From: Alphaproteobacteria bacterium
Lineage (GTDB): Bacteria > Pseudomonadota > Alphaproteobacteria > CALMVH01
NCBI GenBank assembly: GCA_965199335.1
Contig: CBDAQZ010000001.1
Span: 71,102-135,101, forward strand
Direction: 5' to 3'
Length of the DNA stretch: 64,000 nucleotides
Shown piece by piece: positions 50,013 through 58,322 of the stretch. The notes below the pieces were generated by a model. The model saw only the letters and a program-made list of their open reading frames with translations. It was not told the origin of the DNA and did not search any database. The position numbers and the translations under genes were made by a program. Positions within the stretch are counted from its first letter, which is position 1, and each line of letters begins with the position of its first letter.

Positions 50013-50462
50013 TCAGCCTATGGCTGGAGGCGCTCGCGCGGAGAAGGCAGCCGTACGGGGCTGCGATTCAAGATAGGTGACCGAAACGGAGAAAGCGGAT
50101 TTGGCGAACTGCGCCGGCGGTGGCGGCAGGGCGATCAGGCCCGCGACGACAAAGCTGTGCAAGGGCGACAGCACCGTGCAGAGCGGGCAGTGCAGGGATG
50201 CCTGCATATCGGTCTTGTGCGGGCCGGGTTGCGGTACGATGGCGTGATGCATTTCCAGCATCGGGCAATCGGCCGGCATTACCGTGTGGGTCGCACTTAT
50301 GGATGACTGCGAAGCCCCTGCCTGGGCATAGAACGGGCAATTGGTCAGCAGGTAGGGCAGCGTCGCCTGGACCAGCAGAGCTAGCAGGGCAAGCGAGAGG
50401 AACCGGTGCCGGACACCGTATGCAAACCGCCTTGCGCTATTCCTGCCGGATCGGATCATCAC
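50013..50462 (-). CDS. Small secreted protein with an H..CPLC motif (DUF2946-like, metal-cluster associated)
   Basis: Signal-like RHRFLSLALLALLVQATLPYLL. Motifs ADCPMLEMHH and HCPLC. Confidence 0.4.
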   Translation of the reverse strand: MMIRSGRNSARRFAYGVRHRFLSLALLALLVQATLPYLLTNCPFYAQAGASQSSISATHTVMPADCPMLEMHHAIVPQPGPHKTDMQASLHCPLCTVLSPLHSFVVAGLIALPPPPAQFAKSAFSVSVTYLESQPRTAAFSARAPPAIG

Positions 50463-50497
50463 CTTGCCTGATAAACCAGAGCTGAGCCGATCACAAG

Positions 50498-51235
50498 CTA
50501 TCTAGCCTTGGGGATCAGGTCCTCGAACGGCTTCGGCCATTTTTCGCGCAGCACCACGAAGGCTTCGGCACTGTCGAAGCCGCCTTCCTGGCCGCGAATT
50601 TCCTCGAGATGATCGTGATAGGGGTGGAAGCGGGCGGGATTCTGGCTGGTATGGGCATAGATCGCCTGCCATTTCAGTTCCTGCGTTTCACCGATATCGA
50701 TGAATACGTCGGGCAGGAAATGGTGCGACTGGATGCCGGTCATGACTTCGTAATACGCCAGGACGAATTTTTCCTGCGTCCACAGCCACGATTGATAGGC
50801 CAGCATGGCGGCGGTGCGATGATCGATATGCGTATCCAGCGGCCAGTGCGTGAAGACGATATCGGGATCGAACTGCGTCAGGCGGTCGTGGAATATCTTG
50901 TAACGGTCGCGGTTCAGCTCGGTATCGGCGTCGACCTGCCCCATGAAGTAGGCTTTCACCCCCAGCATGGCGCAGGCAGTCTCGGATTCCTCGGTGCGGA
51001 TCTGCCCCGCCCGATCGGCAGGCACGCCCTTGACCCCGGCCTCGCCCCTTGTCAGATACAGGATGCTGACGTTGTGCCCCTGCTTTGCCAGCTTGGCGAG
51101 GGTGCCGCCGCAGCCCGTTTCCGGGTCGTCGGGGTGAGCGCCGATCGCCACCACGTTCAGGACGGATTTATGATCGGCGGTATCGACGAACTTGGCGATG
51201 TCGCATGCCGGATTGCGTGTTTTGGACGATGTCAT
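50498..51235 (-). CDS. PIG-L/LmbE-family N-acetylglucosaminyl deacetylase
   Basis: AIGAHPDDPETGCGGT zinc-binding motif. Confidence 0.85.
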   Translation of the reverse strand: MTSSKTRNPACDIAKFVDTADHKSVLNVVAIGAHPDDPETGCGGTLAKLAKQGHNVSILYLTRGEAGVKGVPADRAGQIRTEESETACAMLGVKAYFMGQVDADTELNRDRYKIFHDRLTQFDPDIVFTHWPLDTHIDHRTAAMLAYQSWLWTQEKFVLAYYEVMTGIQSHHFLPDVFIDIGETQELKWQAIYAHTSQNPARFHPYHDHLEEIRGQEGGFDSAEAFVVLREKWPKPFEDLIPKAR

Positions 51236-51299
51236 GACACTCTCTCATTCTTGGAGAGGAGAGTGCCAAGATTTGGGCCCACTTGACAAGTAGGTGCGG

Positions 51300-51815
51300 T
51301 TATTCGTCGTATTTGAGCAGGGAATGTACCGGTACATCGAAGCGTTTCGCGCCGTTCAGGAACGACAGCTCGATCACGAAGGCCGTGGCTACGACGTCGG
51401 CGCCGACCTTGCGCAGCAAGGTTATTGCGGCTTCCATCGTGCCGCCCGTCGCCAGCAGATCGTCCAGCACCACGACGCGTTGGCCCGGCTTGATCGCGTC
51501 GGACTGGATTTCCAGATGGTCGGAGCCGTATTCCAGATCGTAGCTGTGCACGATCGTATCGCCCGGCAGCTTGCCGCGTTTGCGCAGCATTATGAAACCC
51601 AGCCCCAGTTCAAGCGCCAGCGGGCCAGTCAGCAGGAAGCCGCGGGACTCGATCCCTGCCAGCATGTCCGGCTTGTAAGGGCGTATCTCGTCTGCCAGTT
51701 GCTTGACCGCCTCGCGCCAAGCCTCGGCATGCGCCAGCAGGGTCGAGATGTCGTAGAAAAGAATACCCGGCTTGGGAAAGTCGGGAATCGCCCGGATATG
51801 CTGCTTCAAATCCAC
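51300..51815 (-). CDS. apt: Adenine phosphoribosyltransferase
   Basis: [23 protein letters not shown]...[12 protein letters not shown] are Apt motifs. The GTG start lies 2 nt after the upstream TGA. The track ORF is extended. Confidence 0.85.
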   Translation of the reverse strand: MDLKQHIRAIPDFPKPGILFYDISTLLAHAEAWREAVKQLADEIRPYKPDMLAGIESRGFLLTGPLALELGLGFIMLRKRGKLPGDTIVHSYDLEYGSDHLEIQSDAIKPGQRVVVLDDLLATGGTMEAAITLLRKVGADVVATAFVIELSFLNGAKRFDVPVHSLLKYDE

Positions 51816-51817
51816 GA

Positions 51818-52510
51818 TCAGTGGACCTGGGCCATGCGCATGGCTTCGATGCCGTCGAGCGCCCCCCATAGCGCCGCCGCCGCCCGTTCCGTTCCGCGCA
51901 GTACGTCGGCCTTCGCGGCCGGGTCGTTGGCAAGCTCGATCTCGATCAGGTCGTGCCAGACCTGCGCGTGGTGGATGTCTGCGATCTTGTGGATGGCGAA
52001 ATACTCGCAGGATTCGTCGTCGGCGCCGTAGTGACCGGTCAGGCCGTCCATCTTGGTTTCCGCAATCCGCGGCACCTGCGATTCGTAGGCATAGAAAGCG
52101 GCCAGCGCCTCGGCGGCGGGTGCTTTCTCCCCGATGTCGCGGAAGGTGCGGACCAGCCGTGCCAGCTCGTGCAGTGTTTTTCCCTCGCCATAGGCTGCAC
52201 CTTGAACCGTCTGCGCTGCCATGCCGGCAGTGAACTGGCGCCAGATATCGGCGTGGGAACGGCCATTGCCTTCCTCTTCCAACGCGTTGGCCAGTACGGC
52301 CTTGCGCGTTTCGCCTTCAGGCAGGCGGGCGTGCAGGGCGGTCAGATAGGTCGGAAACGCCGCGACATGCGACACATATTGTTCGCCATAGAATTTCAGG
52401 TCGGCGTGGGTCAATTCGCCGTTCGACCATGCCTGGTAGAAGGGATGCTTCAGCAGGTCGTACTGGGTCAGGATTAAGGCGACGGACGCCCAGACTTCGG
52501 TGGATGACAT
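51818..52510 (-). CDS. Heme-oxygenase-fold TenA/PqqC/CADD-like iron-containing redox enzyme family protein
   Basis: 230 aa, with [24 protein letters not shown]. Confidence 0.6.
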   Translation of the reverse strand: MSSTEVWASVALILTQYDLLKHPFYQAWSNGELTHADLKFYGEQYVSHVAAFPTYLTALHARLPEGETRKAVLANALEEEGNGRSHADIWRQFTAGMAAQTVQGAAYGEGKTLHELARLVRTFRDIGEKAPAAEALAAFYAYESQVPRIAETKMDGLTGHYGADDESCEYFAIHKIADIHHAQVWHDLIEIELANDPAAKADVLRGTERAAAALWGALDGIEAMRMAQVH

Positions 52511-52543
52511 CGGCGATCTCCGGCAAGGGGTGACAGGCCGGGT

Positions 52544-53101
52544 CTAAGGTCGGGCGGGCGGGGTGTCAATGCGCGTCAGCTCGTAGCGGTATTCGTCGCC
52601 GGGCGAGTTCCTGGGCGGGCCCGCCTCGCGGGTCATCCCGACAAGGGTGAAGCCGAGCGATTCCACCAGTGCGATGGAGGCGGCATTGCGGGTGTCCATG
52701 CTTGCCGCAACCGTTTTCACCCGGTGTGTATCGAACAGATGCCGGATCATCGCTGCACAGCCTTCCTTCGCATAGCCGCGCCGCCAGAAATCGGGGAAGG
52801 TTATATATGCGATATCCGCCGTACGGTCGCCATAGAGGGTCGCCTCCAGCCTGCCGATATAAAGCCCGCTCGAACGTTCCGCGACCGCCCAGTTCAACCA
52901 TATCTCGCTATTATCGTCGGGGGCATGCCCCACTTCGCGCGCGCTGTAATTGTCGGACAGATTTTCGACGAGTGACGGCGCATCGAGCGGCAGGTAGGTC
53001 CAGATACGCTCGTCCAGCAGATCGTCGTACAGCAGCGGCGCGTGTTCCCGCCGCAGCGATTCCAGGACCAGGCGTTGCGTCAGCAGGTCGTCGGCCGCCA
53101 C
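52544..53101 (-). CDS. GNAT-family N-acetyltransferase (RimJ/RimL-like)
   Basis: 185 aa with GNAT motifs. Confidence 0.8.
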   Translation of the reverse strand: MAADDLLTQRLVLESLRREHAPLLYDDLLDERIWTYLPLDAPSLVENLSDNYSAREVGHAPDDNSEIWLNWAVAERSSGLYIGRLEATLYGDRTADIAYITFPDFWRRGYAKEGCAAMIRHLFDTHRVKTVAASMDTRNAASIALVESLGFTLVGMTREAGPPRNSPGDEYRYELTRIDTPPARP

Positions 53102-53105
53102 CCGG

Positions 53106-53717
53106 CTACTTGACCGCCGTCGTCATCGCCTTGGCCAGGTCGTCGGCGCTGATGTCGCTTGAGAATATGCCGATCGTCTTGCCGTCCGGGTTGACCAGGT
53201 AGACGTAGGACGAATGGTCCATGACATAATCGGTCGCGTTCTGCGAGGCTTCGGACTTGGCGTAGTAGACCTTGTATTCCTTGGCGACTTCGGCGATGTC
53301 GGCGTCGCTGCCGGTCAGGCCGACAAGGCGCGGATGGAAGGACGGCACGTAATCGGCCAGCTTCTGCGCCGTATCGCGAGCGGGATCGATGGTGATGAAG
53401 ATCGGCTGCACCTTGTCGGCCTGGGCCTTGTCCATCTGGTCCAGCGCCTGGCCGACGACCAACAGTTCCGTTGGGCAGGCATCGGGACAGAACGTATAGC
53501 CGAAATAGATCAGCAGGTACTGGCCCGCGTAATCCTTCTGGCTGACCTGCTTGCCGGTCTGGTCGGTCAGATGGAAGTCGCCGCCGATGGATGTCGAAGG
53601 TGACGCAAGCAGACCTGTCTGCTGCGGCACCTCCGCCGGTGGACGATTCATGACAAACCAGACCGAGGCTGTCCCTGCAAGAGCGAGGGCCAGAATAATA
53701 AAGATCCACTGCTTCAT
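53106..53717 (-). CDS. SCO1/SenC-family copper chaperone (second paralog)
   Basis: YFGYTFCPDACPTEL. It is about 50% identical to the paralog at 46199-46792. Confidence 0.9.
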   Translation of the reverse strand: MKQWIFIILALALAGTASVWFVMNRPPAEVPQQTGLLASPSTSIGGDFHLTDQTGKQVSQKDYAGQYLLIYFGYTFCPDACPTELLVVGQALDQMDKAQADKVQPIFITIDPARDTAQKLADYVPSFHPRLVGLTGSDADIAEVAKEYKVYYAKSEASQNATDYVMDHSSYVYLVNPDGKTIGIFSSDISADDLAKAMTTAVK

Positions 53718-53769
53718 TCCACCCCTATAGGCGAAATGAAACCGCTTTTCCAGAGTTCGCTGACGGGAT

Positions 53770-54537
53770 TTACAGCACCGTCAGCATGGCGCCGACCAGC
53801 GGGTGACGCACGATGTCCGCTTCCTCGAGCGCCACCACCGCCACACCGGGCAGGGGCGCCAGACGCCGCGCGATATCCGCAAGCCCGGAAATGCCCGGCA
53901 GCAGGTCGCTCTGCTCGGGATCGCCCGTGATCACCATGGTCGAATGCCAGCCCAGGCGGGTCAGGATCATCTTGAGCTGCGTATAGGTGCAGTTCTGCGC
54001 CTCGTCGATCACCACGAACGAATTGTTCAGCGTCCGCCCGCGCATGAAGCCGACCGGCGCGATCTCGATCTCGCCGTCCTGCATCGCCTGGCGCAGCCGC
54101 TTGCCGCCCATGCGTTCGGACAGGCAGTCATAGAGCGGCCTTAGATACGGTGCCATTTTCTCCATCAGGTCGCCGGGCAGGAAGCCCAGGCTTTCCCCGG
54201 CCTCCACCGCCGGACGTGACAGGATGATGCGTTCGACCCTTCCGCTTTCCAGCGCCTCGACCGCGGCGCTGATCGCCAGGTAGGTCTTGCCCGTGCCCGC
54301 CGGGCCGCCGGCCACGATCAGGCTGTGGCTGTCGATGGCGGCCAGCAGCTTCTCCTGATTGGCCGAGCGCGGCTTTACCTTGCGGATGTAACTTTGGTCG
54401 CGCAGTTCCCGGCTGTCGGCATGTTCCGCCGCCATGGGGTCCCAGCCACCTGAAAAGAGCGGATGCACCTTTGCCTCGCCGGCCGGCTTGTTCGAAACCG
54501 ACTTGTAGGCAGCCTGATCACGTGAACGCTTGGTCAT
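53770..54537 (-). CDS. phoH: PhoH-family ATPase (YbeZ-like)
   Basis: P-loop GPAGTGKTYLA and PhoH motifs. Confidence 0.9.
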   Translation of the reverse strand: MTKRSRDQAAYKSVSNKPAGEAKVHPLFSGGWDPMAAEHADSRELRDQSYIRKVKPRSANQEKLLAAIDSHSLIVAGGPAGTGKTYLAISAAVEALESGRVERIILSRPAVEAGESLGFLPGDLMEKMAPYLRPLYDCLSERMGGKRLRQAMQDGEIEIAPVGFMRGRTLNNSFVVIDEAQNCTYTQLKMILTRLGWHSTMVITGDPEQSDLLPGISGLADIARRLAPLPGVAVVALEEADIVRHPLVGAMLTVL

Positions 54538-54823
54538 TCGACTCTCCGTTGGGGTGAATACAGAAACAACGAAACCATCCGCGACTCGGCGAAACGAATC
54601 GGCGAGGAGCGGACGGGAACGGGCGTGAAAACGGGATGTTGGGGCGGACTCGGAATTTCGCGTTAACGAAACTCTTCATCGTGCAGCGCCCAAACGCTGG
54701 GTTTTTGAGGCGAGGAAGGCGATCACCATCATCGATTCAATATGTAGTACGAAAGCACTAGCATGTCACACAATAAACTCTTATGAAGGTTACGGGGGAC
54801 TTAAGAAAGACGGTAAAAGAAAA

Positions 54824-55060
54824 ATGACTATGCCTTCGCTTTCTGCCGCGACATCTGCGTTGCCGGTCACTGAACCTGACCAGCCGACCCAACAAACCCA
54901 AACCGAGCAAATGAGCGACGACCTGCGGGCGCTGCGTGCCCTGAGGCTGATGCTCGAGAGCCGCCTGATCACCCCGCCCGAATATGCCCGCCGGCTGGAA
55001 TCCTTCCGCAAACGGCTGGAAATCGGTTCGCAGGATGAGCAGATCAATACCGCAGGCTGA
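54824..55060 (+). CDS. Small SHOCT-domain-like protein (hypothetical)
   Basis: 78 aa. The C-terminal LRALRLMLESRLITPPEYARRLESFRKRL fits the SHOCT pattern (L..L...G.IT.eEY...r..l). Weak ribosome-binding site. Confidence 0.4.
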   Translation: MTMPSLSAATSALPVTEPDQPTQQTQTEQMSDDLRALRALRLMLESRLITPPEYARRLESFRKRLEIGSQDEQINTAG

Positions 55061-55093
55061 TAGCCCGGATCCTGTCTATTTTTGAAGGTGGCC

Positions 55094-55396
55094 ATGTATC
55101 TCTGGCGTATTGTCCCCTCCGCCCGCGTCGACGATACGCGCTGGGAAGACCATCCTGTGTTTGAGGAAGTCGTGGTGCGCGCCGAAAGCGCCTCGCTGGC
55201 GCGGCTGACCGCCGGGCGGGCACTGTATACCGGCAACGCCAAGGTCCAGTTCGGCGAGGAACATGACCCGATCTTCGTAAGCGCCTTTGCCGACGAGAAG
55301 CTGTACCGCGTCAGCCGCGCCGAAGACCCGCGCTTTCCCGGCGACGGTGCGCGGGAGGTCGTGTTTTCAAAGCGGCTCGGAGCGCCTATATCTTAG
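55094..55396 (+). CDS. Hypothetical protein
   Basis: 100 aa starting MYLWRIVPS. A GAAGGTGG ribosome-binding site lies 6 nt upstream. Confidence 0.5.
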   Translation: MYLWRIVPSARVDDTRWEDHPVFEEVVVRAESASLARLTAGRALYTGNAKVQFGEEHDPIFVSAFADEKLYRVSRAEDPRFPGDGAREVVFSKRLGAPIS

Positions 55397-55417
55397 GGTA
55401 GCGCGGGAGTACGGGCC

Positions 55418-56350
55418 ATCGGACACGATCATAGTCATCATCATCTGCCGGCCAATTCCCGTACGCTCTGGCTGGCGCTCGGCCTGACCCTGGCATTCTG
55501 CGCCGGGGAGGCCGTGGTCGGGCTGGTCACAAACTCGTTGGCCCTGATCTCCGATGCCGGTCACAATCTGGGCGATGCGCTGGCGCTGGGCTTGTCCGGC
55601 TATGCCGCCTGGGTAGGGGGCAAGCCCGCGACCTCAAAGCATACCTATGGCTACCACCGCGCCGCAATCCTGGCGCCCCTGTTCAACGCCGCGACGCTGG
55701 TCGTCACCGCGCTTGTGATCGGCGCGGCGGCGGTCGGGCGACTGTTCGCGCCACAGCCGGTCGAGGCCGGGCCCATGATCTGGGTCGCGGCGGCGGCGCT
55801 GGTTCTGAACACGGTCATCGCCCTGTTCCTGGCGGGCGGTGTCAAACACAGCCTGAACGACCGGTCGGTGTTCGTGCACATGGTCGGCGATGCGTTGTCC
55901 AGCCTTGTCGTGATCGGGGGCGGCATCGTGATCCGCTATACCGGCTGGCAGGCGGTCGACCCGCTGGTATCGCTGGCCATCGCCGCCTTCATCCTGGTCT
56001 CCGCCAGCGGCATTCTGCGCCAGACCATCGGCATCCTGATGGAGAACGCGCCGCCCGGCCTTGACGTGGCGGCGCTGGTCAGGACCATCCGCGCGGTAGA
56101 GCCGGTGCAGACGGTGCACCACCTGCATGTCTGGTCGATCCGCGACGGCATGACGGCTTTAAGCTGCCATGTGACGCTGCCCGAGGCCTGCACACTGCGC
56201 GACTGCTCGGCCACGATCGCGGCGATCAACGCCCGGCTGCACGACGAGTTCGGCATCCATCACGCCACGATCCAGGCCGAGCTGGAAGGCCAGTGCGAAC
56301 CGGCGCACGAGGACGATGTATTCTGCGTCATGGAGACGCATGCGCACTAG
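55418..56350 (+). CDS. Cation diffusion facilitator (CzcD/ZitB-type) transporter; start codon ambiguous (ATC at 55418 behind a Shine-Dalgarno, or GTG at 55514 which would truncate TM1)
   Basis: The in-frame upstream sequence encodes GHDHSHHH-LPANSRTLWLALGLTLAF (the classic CDF His-rich N-terminus plus TM1) but has no ATG/GTG/TTG. GGGAG lies 8 nt before the ATC at 55418-55420. Confidence 0.8.
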   Translation: MGHDHSHHHLPANSRTLWLALGLTLAFCAGEAVVGLVTNSLALISDAGHNLGDALALGLSGYAAWVGGKPATSKHTYGYHRAAILAPLFNAATLVVTALVIGAAAVGRLFAPQPVEAGPMIWVAAAALVLNTVIALFLAGGVKHSLNDRSVFVHMVGDALSSLVVIGGGIVIRYTGWQAVDPLVSLAIAAFILVSASGILRQTIGILMENAPPGLDVAALVRTIRAVEPVQTVHHLHVWSIRDGMTALSCHVTLPEACTLRDCSATIAAINARLHDEFGIHHATIQAELEGQCEPAHEDDVFCVMETHAH

Positions 56351-56532
56351 GGCGAAAATGACGGAACGACCCCATGTACAGTAGGTAAGTCGTTGATATA
56401 GCTATCTGTTTTTAGCGGGCTTGCGAACTCTGCCTATTTTTAAAACAATTTATATTTATCAAATACATAGAGATAAATCTTTAATTTTTGCATCAGCTTG
56501 AAATGGTCCTGGAACAATTCAGGATGAGGCAG

Positions 56533-57696
56533 TTAAAACTCCACTATTCCTTCCGGCGTGTCGATCAGCAGGCGATTGGGGCCGTCCGATTTTTCCGTGC
56601 GCCCATAGATGCGGGCCGCGATGTCGAAAGCGCCCGCGGCGTCGATGATGCTTTGTGCGCGGTCCTCGTCGCAGACGATTTCCATGCGAAAGCCCATGTT
56701 GAAGCTGCGCAGCATCTCGCGGTACGGCAGGGCACGGGTTTCGCGCAGGAAGCGGAACAGGGGGGCTTCGGGGAACAGGCCGTCTTTTATATACCGTATG
56801 CCGCTGCCGAAATTCAGGCACTTGGTCTGGCCGCCGCCGGTGTTGTGGAAGATGGCGGAGATGCCGTCCAGCCCCCGGTCCAGGATTGCCTTGATCACCG
56901 GCGCATAGGTGCGGGTAGGGGACAGCAGCGCCTCGCCGACGGTCATCCCCAGGCCCGGCGCGAGGTCGGACAGGGCGTAGTCGCCGACATAGGCCAGGTC
57001 GTGGATCTCGGGCGCATAGGCTTCCGGGCTGCCGTCGCGGTAGGTCCGGTTCAATACCTCGTGCCGGATCGCGGTGATGCCGTTGCTGCCGATGCCGGAA
57101 TTGGGCCGGTCCTCGTAACTGGCCTGTCCGTCGGAGGCGAGCCCGACGATCACCTGGCCCGCGCGCACTTTGGCGGCATCGATGAAATCGGCGCGGCGCA
57201 TGCGGACGGTCAGCGTGGAATCGACGATCACCGTGCGCACCAGGTCGCCGACATCGGCAGTCTCCCCGCCCGCGATGGTAATTTCCACGCCGTGTTCGCC
57301 CAGCATGGCGACGACCTTGCTGTAGCCGGCGACAATCTGGGTCACAACCTCGCCCGGGATCAGCATCTTGTTGCGGCCGATCGTGTTCGACATCACGAAC
57401 GGCCCTGTGGCGCCGACGCACAGCAGGTCGTCGGTATTCATCACCAGCGAATCCTGCGCGATGCCCTGGAAGATCGCGGCGTCGCCATGCTGCTTGTAAT
57501 GCAGATAAGCCAGGATGGACTTGGTCCCAGCGCCGTCGGCATGGCTCAGCAGGCAATGCGCGACCGAACCGCCCAGTATGTCGGGCATGGCGTGGCAGAA
57601 CGCCCCGGGAAACAGCCCCTTGTCCAACTGCGCCACGGCGGCTTTGACATCGGGCTTGTCCGGCGAAACGCCGCGGGCTTCGTAGGTGACGGTCAT
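56533..57696 (-). CDS. PurM-superfamily (AIR synthase-related) protein of unknown function
   Basis: 387 aa. An N-terminal HADGAGTKS motif is analogous to PurM DGVGTK. It is not PurM/PurL/ThiL/HypE/SelD by N- or C-terminal features. Its start makes an ATGA overlap with the gntK stop. Confidence 0.65.
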   Translation of the reverse strand: MTVTYEARGVSPDKPDVKAAVAQLDKGLFPGAFCHAMPDILGGSVAHCLLSHADGAGTKSILAYLHYKQHGDAAIFQGIAQDSLVMNTDDLLCVGATGPFVMSNTIGRNKMLIPGEVVTQIVAGYSKVVAMLGEHGVEITIAGGETADVGDLVRTVIVDSTLTVRMRRADFIDAAKVRAGQVIVGLASDGQASYEDRPNSGIGSNGITAIRHEVLNRTYRDGSPEAYAPEIHDLAYVGDYALSDLAPGLGMTVGEALLSPTRTYAPVIKAILDRGLDGISAIFHNTGGGQTKCLNFGSGIRYIKDGLFPEAPLFRFLRETRALPYREMLRSFNMGFRMEIVCDEDRAQSIIDAAGAFDIAARIYGRTEKSDGPNRLLIDTPEGIVEF

Positions 57697-58217
57697 GTCT
57701 TTATATCCAACACCCGCATCACATCCACCAGCGTTTCCTCGACCGTGTTCTCGACATTGACCACCAGCGGATGCTCGTCTTCCCCCGGTTCCTCCAGCGT
57801 GGCGAATTGGGAATCGAGCAGTGAGGCAGGCATGAAATGGCCTTTTCGCTGCTGCATGCGCGCGGCGATCACGTCGTGGTTGCCCTTCAGGTACACCAGC
57901 CTTGCATCCGGCACATCGCCGATCAGTAGCCGGCGGTAAGCCTTGCGCAGGCCGGAGCAGGCGACCACCGCGCCCTTGCCCTCGGCCACATAGGCCTCGA
58001 TGGCGTCGTGGATACGGCCCAGCCAGGGCCAGCGATCCTCGTCGGTCAGGCCGTGGCCCGATTTCATCTTTTCGATCTCCTGGGGCGAATGGAAGGAATC
58101 GCCCTCCAGGAAATCCATGCCCAGTTTCCGCGACAGGTGCTCGCCGACCGTGCTTTTGCCGGAGCCTGAGACGCCGATGACCAGGATGATGGATTTGCGG
58201 ATGTCTGTATCGCCCAT
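57693..58217 (-). CDS. gntK: Gluconokinase (shikimate-kinase-like P-loop kinase)
   Basis: VIGVSGSGKSTVGEHLSRKLGMDFLEGDSFH is the GntK signature. Confidence 0.85.
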   Translation of the reverse strand: MGDTDIRKSIILVIGVSGSGKSTVGEHLSRKLGMDFLEGDSFHSPQEIEKMKSGHGLTDEDRWPWLGRIHDAIEAYVAEGKGAVVACSGLRKAYRRLLIGDVPDARLVYLKGNHDVIAARMQQRKGHFMPASLLDSQFATLEEPGEDEHPLVVNVENTVEETLVDVMRVLDIKT

Positions 58218-58322
58218 GGCAGCTACATGCCCTAATCCGGTCACGGATACAAATTGTTCACCTTTATTGTTCAGGGTCCCCGGCTTATAAGATTTGCCCT
58301 ACAACAATAAGGAAGACGCGGA

